From the IMG/VR virus record IMGVR_UViG_3300024346_000006: DNA of 64,000 nt. One strand, 5' to 3'. Made by a program: the position numbers and the translations under genes. The stretch is from a virus (Duplodnaviria > Caudoviricetes). Positions 12,001 through 22,100 of this stretch are shown piece after piece; within the stretch, counting starts at the first letter, position 1; every line of letters begins with the position of its first letter. Below the pieces are notes generated by a model that made no database searches, was not told the origin of the DNA, and saw nothing but the letters and a program-made list of their open reading frames with translations.

Positions 12001-14716
12001 ATGACCAGTGAGGTACTTCAACTTTACCCTCAGAGTCAAAAACAAGATGTCTTGGAGCAGGACTAGTGCCCATCGTATTGACCCCGTTTATACCCCAGAA
12101 GTTTTTAGACCAAACTATAACTTCCATTCCTGCATAATCGGCATTAAGTTCTAATGTATAAGTTCCAGACCCAGCTGGGGTTGTAAAGTTCGCACCTCTT
12201 TTACCAATCGCATAGTACCATTGTTCTCTGTCACTTGACGATGGATGTATGAAAGAAAAGTAACCATCATTACCAACACTAAAGGTATATGATCTAAAAT
12301 AGTTTTTACCCCAAACATATACTGGTTTTCCAGCGTTGTGAACTCCAACAAATATTCGTTCTGTACCATAAGTTGCCGGAGTATAAAATTGCCCTGCATC
12401 TTCTTCTGTTGTCATAAAGAACCATTTTTCGGTGTCTGAAGAAGATTGGTGAACAACACTGACATTTCCATTCGCATCGGTGTATAATTTCTGAGATGCA
12501 AAAAAATTCTGACCCCAAATAAAGATACCCTTACCAGCGGGTTGGCCAGTTGCACCAAGTGGTAAATCGTGCGTTCCACTTCGTGCAATAGTACTAAACC
12601 CACCACCATCAATTTCTGGCGAACTTGCGGATGTTGTTATCGTTTTTAAATCAGTAACAACTCTAACTGTAGAATCTGGATTTGTAATATTCAATCTACC
12701 AGAGGCAAGTCTAATTTCTCCCTGACCTCCTGTTAGAGTGGGAGCACTTGATCCAGTGTAATTAACTTGGCGAACACCGTCCACATAAATTTCTAATTCT
12801 GGACGAACACTCTGTTGAGTATTTTGTAAGTATGCATTGTATTCATAATAAAAATTACCATTACTTGAAACAACAAATTCAGAATCTGTTGCGGCAGAAT
12901 TTGCAGGAAGAGGAGTACTTGCAGTAGTAGATGTTACTTGGCTAGTTGCTGTAGGTGCAGACCAAAGTTCATATATACCAGCACCAATAAATGGATCGCC
13001 ATATGTAAGATTGTGTGATGGATGCAGCGTCCCTCTATAGTAATCCACCCCACCATCTGAAAATATATAATCTCCCAAAGTGGGTGTGAGTGTTATAACA
13101 CCAGAGTTGAACTCGCCGACATTGCCAATTGAATCAACTACTCCTTCTTTGGTTCTTATAATAGTTCCAGTCTGAATATTCTGTAAATTTTTATCATCAT
13201 GTTTCCACCAGTTTACTGTCCAATTTATCCCTCCCCCACTATTAACAGCTGAAAAATCAATTGTTACATTAGGGAGAACATTACTTACTGTCGTAGTCGT
13301 AGTTTGATTATTATTAGAAGTTGTACCATTTTCTGCATAAACTCTATGTTGATAGAGATTGCCGTTTGTGTTAGCAGTACCAGTATCGGTTCCAGAATAG
13401 TTTGGAATATTCGTTGTTGTATTTGTAGACAACTCACTTGCCTGAGCAAGTAAATATCTAAATCCGTCTGGCGTCCCAAATGTATTTGGGCCAAAGTCTG
13501 CATTTGCATTGATAATATCAACAAAGCCAGGTCTTGCCTGTATATAACGAATTACATCTACTACGGTATCTGTGTTTACATGTCTATTATTTTCTGTAGC
13601 AGAAGCGTTTCTTTCCAACATACTATTGTATATTCTATTGGTAACTTCTGCAGAGACTTCTAAACTTTTAACTCTAGATATCTTATACCACTTTAATGTA
13701 CCTTCAGAATTTTCGTCAATTATTTCAGAAGTTGAAGTATACACCCAACCAGAACTATCTCTAACATCTTTTGTAATATCAGTTGCTGTTGCAAGAAGTT
13801 GGCTTTGCCAGTAAAATTGATAACTTGAGTTATTAATTTCTAAAATATACGAACCACTGTACTTACCTTCTGCATAATCAGTTTCAGAAAAACCACTTGC
13901 AAGTGTTACTGTTCCAGTTTCCGCTTGAAGTGTATTGATAGTTTCGCCAGGATTTGTTGTAGTTTCTCCTGTTGCATTTGAAAGTTTACCACCATAACCA
14001 CCAAAGATTTTAATCTTCTGATTATTTGGCATTGTAATTGTTGTATCTTCACCATCAAATCCCTGATCCTCTGTACCTACTAATCCTTCACGAACATAAT
14101 CTTCCTCTGTAGGTTGGCCGGGGATATATTGAGAAGAACCAGAACCACCAGCACCAGTTGCTAAAATTCTAAGTCTTCTGTATCCCTTTGGAATTCTAAT
14201 TTTCCAATCACCCGTTTCAAAGACTTGTTGATTATCTACTTTGTTAGACCAGTGTTGTTCATACCCAACTTGCTCAAATCCTTCTTCAGTTCCCATCTTG
14301 AAACTCATTGCAGGAATAGTTAACTTAACATATTCCCAATCCTGTGGAGTATCAATTCTTACAGAACCAAGTTCTTCATTTCTTGTGAAGTAGACAGTAT
14401 TATTATCATTAATCTGATCCCACCTAGTCATGAATGTTCCATCTCTAAGACGCATGAATTTCCATGCATCTTCGACACATATGGTAGGAATTAATATGTT
14501 ATAAGGAAGTGTTGCATCAGATGTTCCACGAAAATCCGAATATTTTATTGCACGCCCTCTGGGCCCAACAGGGATATTTCTATTATTAAATCTATCTGGA
14601 ACATTACCACCACCTCTATAATACTCAGACAGAGAATGGGGTGCGGAGTTATTTACTGGTTTAAACTCCGCAACAATGTGCGTCATTTTCAGTCTGCCGT
14701 CTGCTGGTATTGCCAT
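9029..14716 (-). CDS. Large fibre/adhesin-like structural protein (1895 aa)
   Basis: N-terminal HSLSEYYRGG fibre-type motif, Gly-rich segments, internal repeats, T/S-rich composition. Confidence 0.65.
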   Translation of the reverse strand: MAIPADGRLKMTHIVAEFKPVNNSAPHSLSEYYRGGGNVPDRFNNRNIPVGPRGRAIKYSDFRGTSDATLPYNILIPTICVEDAWKFMRLRDGTFMTRWDQINDNNTVYFTRNEELGSVRIDTPQDWEYVKLTIPAMSFKMGTEEGFEQVGYEQHWSNKVDNQQVFETGDWKIRIPKGYRRLRILATGAGGSGSSQYIPGQPTEEDYVREGLVGTEDQGFDGEDTTITMPNNQKIKIFGGYGGKLSNATGETTTNPGETINTLQAETGTVTLASGFSETDYAEGKYSGSYILEINNSSYQFYWQSQLLATATDITKDVRDSSGWVYTSTSEIIDENSEGTLKWYKISRVKSLEVSAEVTNRIYNSMLERNASATENNRHVNTDTVVDVIRYIQARPGFVDIINANADFGPNTFGTPDGFRYLLAQASELSTNTTTNIPNYSGTDTGTANTNGNLYQHRVYAENGTTSNNNQTTTTTVSNVLPNVTIDFSAVNSGGGINWTVNWWKHDDKNLQNIQTGTIIRTKEGVVDSIGNVGEFNSGVITLTPTLGDYIFSDGGVDYYRGTLHPSHNLTYGDPFIGAGIYELWSAPTATSQVTSTTASTPLPANSAATDSEFVVSSNGNFYYEYNAYLQNTQQSVRPELEIYVDGVRQVNYTGSSAPTLTGGQGEIRLASGRLNITNPDSTVRVVTDLKTITTSASSPEIDGGGFSTIARSGTHDLPLGATGQPAGKGIFIWGQNFFASQKLYTDANGNVSVVHQSSSDTEKWFFMTTEEDAGQFYTPATYGTERIFVGVHNAGKPVYVWGKNYFRSYTFSVGNDGYFSFIHPSSSDREQWYYAIGKRGANFTTPAGSGTYTLELNADYAGMEVIVWSKNFWGINGVNTMGTSPAPRHLVFDSEGKVEVPHWSSSDPEQWYWCVTDGGTTSQPAGVGGISMNNFILETSLDTETIDKIYQKYVGRNSNVIDRNLFRQQNYTVFQGINYVVGTAEYAAQFGSTVTEPAVTIPGQGTIPTKNQLISVAGGVETNRTYALSTLPASSLKYTRDNLRSTPLSYYANLPSSGANIVSALVEKFPINTYWFEASGLGELHFFNNDGGDGGSSWHGFGTTVASEFPTNGSPSEPNPVYGSGGAAGQHGMRYYSSTSKSATIGGQAAASGFFGDFMVSPGDIVDIKVGRGGQSNQTSYLDLVPGSQTQEGTYESNSGDGGDGVVVVFGSKGNDYTKISKPGIALIDDRGTVVMYSVANVTCEGNQELTGSISSKEILLFGKGKQYYLVHTYQLQKNGSQKYRVYFCQNGEHYAKLEKSGTAPGPFVSPSPPAGYLPSINVSTDPVNAPDDYVVTGAKRSDIDNDIQSPDPWPIKKCTVTFNTTRSASYENTMTFTNIGSGGIGPSSIVFGPNASTQTITMSEDDVYVLRSTGLQSNRAPSMTTRVKDDGRPHQTTTGTTSSSLGPREYPEYFHSGNCDENATGGTSVWAQGRDQDGNTKVFIKYGTEVIKGNQSGIFGTVQNEFGTGNWYGFGDSTGFNPQGAAWSFNIDDQRHQTIDYNGYRYYRNDGEEDALGVCTKSLNQGSMTYTLYKIFRRRLGSETITENNSNSWTTLEMDDGVDGDFTDLRVTPSLVGNFYVQGGLTYFNCFFLGDGTGTGTTWSRPPAQTSPVQTPEDNGSDNDTVFDGPIMVVTDGTGSPVTDGNGTPVTSGGGGSDDNHNEPTFMSHYEPSTGTVTYFDSPMTHNEIQGLRSDQPDGVFSTGTGAPGAMIGPTRDDNISDSGGSGTSSQSDKIVCTEMYRQTQLDDWKTAMKIWGLHTKTHLTRYHQRGYHFLFMPWVKGMRKSGTLTKSGGWLAQRRTQHLKYILSRDGYAGHLGIGKKEKDDIVGRIWCTVWHPVTFVTGKILSIFRDK

Positions 14717-14744
14717 GTTAGTATTCTCTTCTCTTACTGTTTAA

Positions 14745-15944
14745 TTAAACTTGGAATGCAATAATATCACCACTACATTCAATTTTTAAAGACTGATTTC
14801 CAGTAACTTTTAGGTCTGCACCATTGATTGTCAATGTTCCAGACATGGTGTCACCAGTTTTCTTGACATATCCACCAGCATTATGGTCAGTAATTAATGG
14901 AAGAACCTGTTGATATAGTGCATTAATAGCAGCAACAATTGAAGTGGTATCACCAACTCCACTATTCAAATTACCAAGTGGGTCTACATCAGTGGCACCA
15001 GGCCCTCTTACAATTGACTTATCTTCTTTTGTATCTAAATCAGTTTCTATATTATCAACTCTATCTTTAAGACTTCCATAAACTTCGTCACTTAAAAGTT
15101 TCAATGTAGAATCAAGAGTGTTTATATTTTCTTTTACAGTATCGTGGATAGCATATTCATTTGACACTGCTGCGACATATACACCGTTGGTGTTTGTACC
15201 AACTGAATATTTCAAAAAGTCTTGTACAGTTTCTAATCTGGTCGCTCTAGATTCTAATGCAGTAATATCGTCTTCGTTAATTTTTACTGCACCATCTAAT
15301 TCAACAAGATTTGTCTTTACTACTGCATTATTATCACTATCTGTAGTAAGATAATTAACACCTAAACCGTCATAATTAAACTGTCCAGTAACAGCACCAC
15401 CGCCAACTGTAATATTTAATCTATCTAACAAATCAGATTTAGTTTTCAAAGTGGTATCTAAAAGACTAATTCCCTGTCTAAGACTAGCTGCAGCAGGAAC
15501 ATATGTTGCCGTAGTAAGTAATGAATATGTTCCGTCAGCGTTTAATCCAGCTGCGTTTTGAGTTACATCTAATTCTGCCTGTAAGGCATTATCTGCCGCA
15601 ATTCGTGCATCTCTTTCTTTTCCTACCTCAGTATCTGTATATTCTACAGACCATTGATTTTCTGCATTAATTGTGTCTACCAGATTATCTTTTTTCCACC
15701 CACGACTTTGTGGGTCAAGTGTAGACATATTACCAATATTTCTAGTATTGATATCTGTATGAGTGTTTACTTCGTTGATTGCGTCAACGATTGTAGATTG
15801 TGCATCAGTTTCTAAGAATGCAAGATTACCAATATTTGCAGCCACTGCTTCCGCATAGACTTTTACTTTATTAGTTTTAACTCTCCACTCTTCGAAAGTG
15901 TCGGTTGTCAACACATCTACGAGGGATGGATATTCTACGGCCAT
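14745..15944 (-). CDS. Coiled-coil fibre/whisker (fibritin-like) protein
   Basis: N-terminal TDTFEEWRVKTN, heptad-rich middle, C-terminal YVKKTGDTMSGTL..GDIIAF fibre motif. Confidence 0.6.
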   Translation of the reverse strand: MAVEYPSLVDVLTTDTFEEWRVKTNKVKVYAEAVAANIGNLAFLETDAQSTIVDAINEVNTHTDINTRNIGNMSTLDPQSRGWKKDNLVDTINAENQWSVEYTDTEVGKERDARIAADNALQAELDVTQNAAGLNADGTYSLLTTATYVPAAASLRQGISLLDTTLKTKSDLLDRLNITVGGGAVTGQFNYDGLGVNYLTTDSDNNAVVKTNLVELDGAVKINEDDITALESRATRLETVQDFLKYSVGTNTNGVYVAAVSNEYAIHDTVKENINTLDSTLKLLSDEVYGSLKDRVDNIETDLDTKEDKSIVRGPGATDVDPLGNLNSGVGDTTSIVAAINALYQQVLPLITDHNAGGYVKKTGDTMSGTLTINGADLKVTGNQSLKIECSGDIIAFQV

Positions 15945-16157
15945 TTAAAGTTTCTCCAATATTAAGTTTAGTGTGTTTTTTATTTCATTCATTTCTTGTT
16001 GTAAATCTTTTATTTCTTCGTCACGCCTTTTAAGTGCGTTATTCTTTCTAATAAAATTATTATAACCAGTGTTATCAGTATTTATTATCGCTTGCGAGTT
16101 CGTATCTCTTACAAGGTCTTTATTACCTTTAACCTTTAGTCTCATTACCATCTCCAA
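15945..16157 (-). CDS. Small conserved coiled-coil protein of T4-like marine phages
   Basis: DLVRDTNSQAIINTD motif plus C-terminal coiled coil; abuts both neighbours. Confidence 0.7.
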   Translation of the reverse strand: MEMVMRLKVKGNKDLVRDTNSQAIINTDNTGYNNFIRKNNALKRRDEEIKDLQQEMNEIKNTLNLILEKL

Positions 16158-19100
16158 TTAAGTTGCCAATGCAATAACTCTAAAGTCTCTGACTTTTGGG
16201 ACAACACTAGAGTTTTTACTCTTAAGAACAATTTTGATTGCTATAGAATTAAATTCTGGCAAATTTCTTACTTCGTAATCAAATTCTTTAAAATCTGAAA
16301 TATCTCTAGATGCCCTACCATAAACAGCAGGACGGTCAAGTAATACATAATCAAGTTTTTCAAAATTCTGATCTGGGGATGTTTTAATTTTATAGTAAAA
16401 ATCTACATCCGCTACATCTGGACGATAAACCGATGCCAGAACTTTTAGAGATGTTGATGTCTGGTCTAATTTAATTTCTCTAGTCAAATACTTAGTTGCA
16501 GCAGAACCACCATGCGGTGCTGTTTCATCGATAAATCCAGTATTGACATGTCCTCGTACTCCAGCGGGAACACTTTCTGCACTATTTGTTACATTAGATA
16601 CCAATACGGCAGCAATTCGTTCCAAGTCAACAACAGGACTCAAATTATCTTTATTAGAACCTAAGTCTACTTTCCAAATCAATGACTTTTTGTCAAGTGA
16701 ATTCGAAGATGTGTCAAAAAGAGTCTCATTATAATTGTCTGCAACCATCATGGGTCTATCAAATGCATAATTTTGATTTGGTGTGATGCCTCTGAAACTT
16801 AAATCTTTTACTCCTGGCGCTACAGTTGAATCTTGCGATGTCCCTGTTAATGCTTTAAATTTCATTGAAATACCAGTACCAGCAAGTTCAATTGAAGTAA
16901 TGTTAGGTTTCATTAGATCATATTTAACATTGGTACACCAACTAGCGGGTTTCTTTCTTCCAAACTGTGAAAATGTATTTGATGCAGGAGTAAATAAGGA
17001 ATCAACCGATGGAATAGTTCCACCGTGAGCGATTCTTGGTGTTTGTACTCCGTCTGGATAGAAAAATCCTCTCATATCAATAGTAAACGAATTATGAGTT
17101 GTCGCAACAACTAAATGCGAACCATTTAAATCCTCGGCCCTATATTGATCGTAAGTCCCATGGAAATTTTTAAGAGTAACATAATTGTATCCGTTTGGTT
17201 GCCAGAAACTTATAGGGACACATCCAGAACTATCATTTACTTTAAATGTAATAAGAGAACTATCTTTGTGAATACGCATTGTATTATCATCAAATATTCT
17301 CTCCATAATATTAATATCTGACATTCCGACATCTATTTCGGAATTTGTAAAGTATAGGGTACTATCTTTATTAATATCAAATTTCGCCCTAGAAAGTGTG
17401 AATTTCAAATCTTCTTTTTGTTCTGCAGTCCATGTAGAGGCATTTTGAGATTTGAAGAAAACCCCAGCGTAAGGTTGTTCTGAAATAATTCCAGAACCAT
17501 CAAGTGCCTGTTGTCCTAATGTTGCAACATGAACTCTGTATCCTTGTGTATTTGCAATTAATACAAGACAATACTCTGTTGCCTCTTCCAAATATACTGG
17601 TTCATCAAAGGTGAATATTGTTTCTAAAGAACCGTCATCTGAAAGTTGAATTAAGTCCTGCCTTGGATCCAACATCTTTTCACCAAGTATATATTGGCCA
17701 GGATACCCATTGACCATATTTCTTATTTGCAGAGTTACTGGTACAACCTCATCCTTCGCAGAGAAGAAAATTTCTGCACTTGTAATAAAGGCGCCGCCCT
17801 CCACATCAACCAAGAATGATTGTGCGAGTGGGTCGCCCCAACCACGAACCTGTCTCCATGCACCAAAATCTGAATTACTACTTGAACGCAATTCTGAAAC
17901 AACATTTTCTGTTGAACTAGTTGTAGTGTCAACAATCTCAACGCTTCTTGTATTTACTGTTGTTTTTTGTCTTGTTTCAATAATACCTCTAGCAGTATAT
18001 GTTGAACTTGTGTCTGTATCAGAATCATCTAGATTTCCATTTGGTTGATCGCACAACTTAAATAATCTTTCTCCAGTTCTGAATTTTAAATCATCATCAT
18101 TTGGAGTTTGGTTATTGTTTGGAATTGAGAAGTTGCCGTAAACAGTACCAGCAGAGTCTGATCTTAAAGTTGAACCTCCAACAATACCTTCATTTGGGAA
18201 ACTTCCCATGTTATGAGATAGTCCATCTCGTTCAACCAAGAACAGAACCTCACCCAAACTAAAAGAAGAATTCTTTTTGCCAGGCACGTTCTCTAGTACA
18301 TAAAGCTTCAGAGAAGTTGCATCCAAATACTCAATGTCTGCAACAAAAACTTCATGTGCAGTGGACTGTCCACGCAATTTTAATTCGCCATATTGATCTG
18401 CAAATATGTTTCTATTATTTTTAATATACTGTGCCGTGGCGGGTGGGACATTTGTAATACTTAATGTTTTTATCGGAGTAACATAATCATTAACTGGTGT
18501 ATTATCAAAGAATGCAAATAACTTTGTATTTGGTTTCATTCCAGTGGCTTTAAAGTATACATCTCTAGTACGAATAAATGGAATTTGTTCACTACTAACT
18601 AGTTTGTCCGTTGTAACTGGAGTCCAAGTTTCACTCAGTGCAGTTGTAACGCCTGTTCTTGTTCTCGTTCCTGTATCATTCCAAGTTCTAGTTGTAGTTG
18701 TAACTGTACGGTCATTATTACCACTAGATTCGGTACGAGCACTTGTACCTGTTGTTTCATTAGTTGCACCAGTCCAGTTAATATCCCAAGATCCCCAAAC
18801 GGTTCCAAGAATTCCACTTCTTTGTGCAAGTTCTTCAAAATTATCTGTACTTCCTCTATCATTAATTGAGATCTCATCCAAATACTTTGGATCATCATGC
18901 CAATTATCTGTCGAAGGTACAAGTACCATCGAACCTTTAAAACTAAAAATTGCAAAAGGGTTTACATTAACAGTTTTTGAAGATTTTCTTTGTTCAATTA
19001 ATAGTTGACTTGTATATGGAAGTGTTGCCCATCTACCTGATACTTCAAAACCTTCAGAGTTTACAACATCTAAATGCATTGGAATGTTTTTAGTAGTAAA

Positions 19101-22100
19101 ATACGGACGCAACTCTCCTTTTCCAGTATCCATAGAAGCATTGAAATCAGAATCATAAACATTTGCAGTCCCATATCCAGTGAAGTTTTCAACTACAAAT
19201 CCATTCTTAAATCTATCAAGTCCATTTTCATCTGTAACCAACAAATCTTTAGTTTCTTTTTCTAAAAGATTTAAAGAAGTATAATATTCTAGATTGGTAA
19301 TTCTCTTATCAAGTTTACCAATATCTCTCATAGTATATCTTCTGTTGTCAATCATTTTAGCACTTACATCTTTAGGAACACCAGTATATGGCAGTGTTTC
19401 TAATGTGTACAACACCATCCCATCTTCTGGATCTGTCGGGTAAACAGGTGTTTCAGAAGGAGCGCCGTATTTCACATTAATGTTTCCAAACTTATCCATG
19501 TAAAGTTTGTCTGCTCTACCAAAGTAAATACGCATATCTGCACTAATTGCACTTGCATCAATTGGGTAGTCAGAAACTCCAGAAACTACACCTTTACCAT
19601 ATGGGTATCCAGATAATTGTTGGTAAACTGCAGCAGGTCTAAAATCTAATGTACTGTGCAATCTAACACCCTCAAAACTTGGGATTTTATGATATGGTAT
19701 ATTAACATAAGAATCTACGGATGCATAATCTCCAGTACCGTGTTCAAAATATGAGTAAATAATAATAGGACGACCACCACATGGTAATGTACCCGCCTTT
19801 AATTCTAATTCACCCAATTGAATGATGGAATGTCTTTGTCCAGAAAATAAAGTATATCTGTCAGTAATATCATTAATTTTAACAGGAACTTCTGTGGGAG
19901 TTTCAATACCAACATTACTCAACCACAATTCTTCAATTTCTTCTTTAAATGGGTTTACTGTACCATCAACAGTAAGTTGTGGTTGAATACTAAGAAGTGT
20001 TGGATATGTAGTGTGGTCTAAACCAACAGAAAATGGCGAAGCACCAGTCGTTTCGTAAAAAGTATACGCCTTCAATGCAAATTCAAAATCTGCCTCTGTC
20101 ATTTCGTGTATGAATTTTCTGTCATTGGATTCAATCGAAATTCTGTAAGAAGTATTATTTACATTACATGTATCATATATTTTTTTAATTTCATACACAT
20201 CCGAATGTGGCAATTGAAAATTAGATACACTAAGAATAAGGTCATTATTCGCACCAGTAGAAATTGAAGAATTTACAACTCCTGTAGCAACACTAGAATT
20301 TGTCCCTAACAAATCTACACCATAACTTAACGATATGTCGTTATTGTCATCGTTTACATTATCATAATCAGTCTGTGAAATTGTTTGTCCAATTAAATCC
20401 AGTAATGTGTATGGCAAATGTAACTGATTTTCTCTCAAAGTTTTAATTTTTTCTCTGGAAGAAGTCTTTTTGATTGGCGCATATACAGTAACACCAGTTG
20501 TTCCAGATGCTAAATTTGCAACATTAAGAGTTGCAGTTCTTCTGTCGGAGGAAAACGAAATGGTTGTAATTCTACCAATTTCACCCACAGAAGAATTCAC
20601 TGCAGCCCTATCGAATGCCAAATATAAACTTTGGGTCGAAACGAAGTATGAGTTATCATCTGTTGCAGTTAAAACAATCTGTCCACTGGCAGTAACTACT
20701 TGGTCTTCATAAACTTTTAGTACATCATATTGAGTATCTACTGTTTCTCTTCCACTTTCATCATCGACAAATCTAACAGTTTGTAAAAATCTCTTACCAG
20801 TGTCAATAATACTTGCGCCCCCATCTGATAAAAGTACAAATTTACCAGTGATTCTTGCCTGAGTTCCTGTCATATCAGCGGATGCATTACCATCAAAAGA
20901 TGTAGTGTCTGTTCCAGCCGAACCACTAGCAATCGCCTCGTTGATTAATTCATTTGTAACAAAGGTTGCACTAGGCAATACCCCCGATTCTGTGGACAAT
21001 CCATTTCCAGAATTAAGAGTTTTTACCAATAAGAACTGATCTGCAGAGTTATAATAATAGTTAATCGCTCTTACATCTCTATCGTATCTATCATAAATGA
21101 GAGACTTTGAAGTAAACTGTCCCTGTACATCTGATAGAGACATTAGTGTTAATACATTCGCACCGAATTTATAAATTGGGCCACCTAATGTTGTTGGAAC
21201 TACTTCTTCATTCGAAACAATAGACCTTGCATCCAACATGGTATAAGGAACATTTGTTCTTGGATTGATTTCATATTCGATATCATACAGAAAAATTTTC
21301 CAGATACCAGTTTCAACGGAAGTATTTGAAGGTCTAAAAGTAGAAGTTCCATAATTATCATCTATCGCATCATCATCAGAATCTATAAAATATTCTACTG
21401 CCTTAACTTTTGCCTTTGCGACTACATCAATACCATATGCATTTGCACCTAAGTTGGTTCCACCACCAGCAAAAAATGTCAAATCTTCGTCATATGTTAC
21501 TGGTTGAAAATATGCTTGATCGGCATCGTCTAAATTTGATGTTACAATCGTGTAATCTTCAGTAATTACTGGAGAAGTGTTCATATTAACAAGTTTAACT
21601 TCTTCGTCAATTAATGGAAGTCCCTTTGCATCCGAAATATAGATGTATGGGCCAAGATCTACAGGAATGTAGTGATTGTTTATCTGATAATTTTCTCTTG
21701 ATCTTTTATAAGGAATATATGTGGTCGCTGTCTTGGTAATTTCATAACCTCTAACATAGGCCTTTCCACTCTCAACTCCAAGTGCAAGATAATTTCTTAC
21801 TGCATCAACTAAGAATTGATGACTTGAGCCTGGGTAATATTTCGTTCCAGTCGAATCCAAATTTTGGGCGGAAAACTTCACAAGTTCTAATGCACTTACT
21901 GTGTGTGCAAGGCCATTTCCATTTTGATCGGCCATCCCATCTTCATCTGCAAAATTCTTTAGTGCAAAATCTTTTGCAGCGACTTCGGTATCGAATTCAA
22001 AGTTTTTCATGGTGTACACACCACCATTTCCATTTTCTTTAAAATACTCTCTAATATCTAAATTAAATGGACGAACTGTGTAATCACCAGACTCATCATA

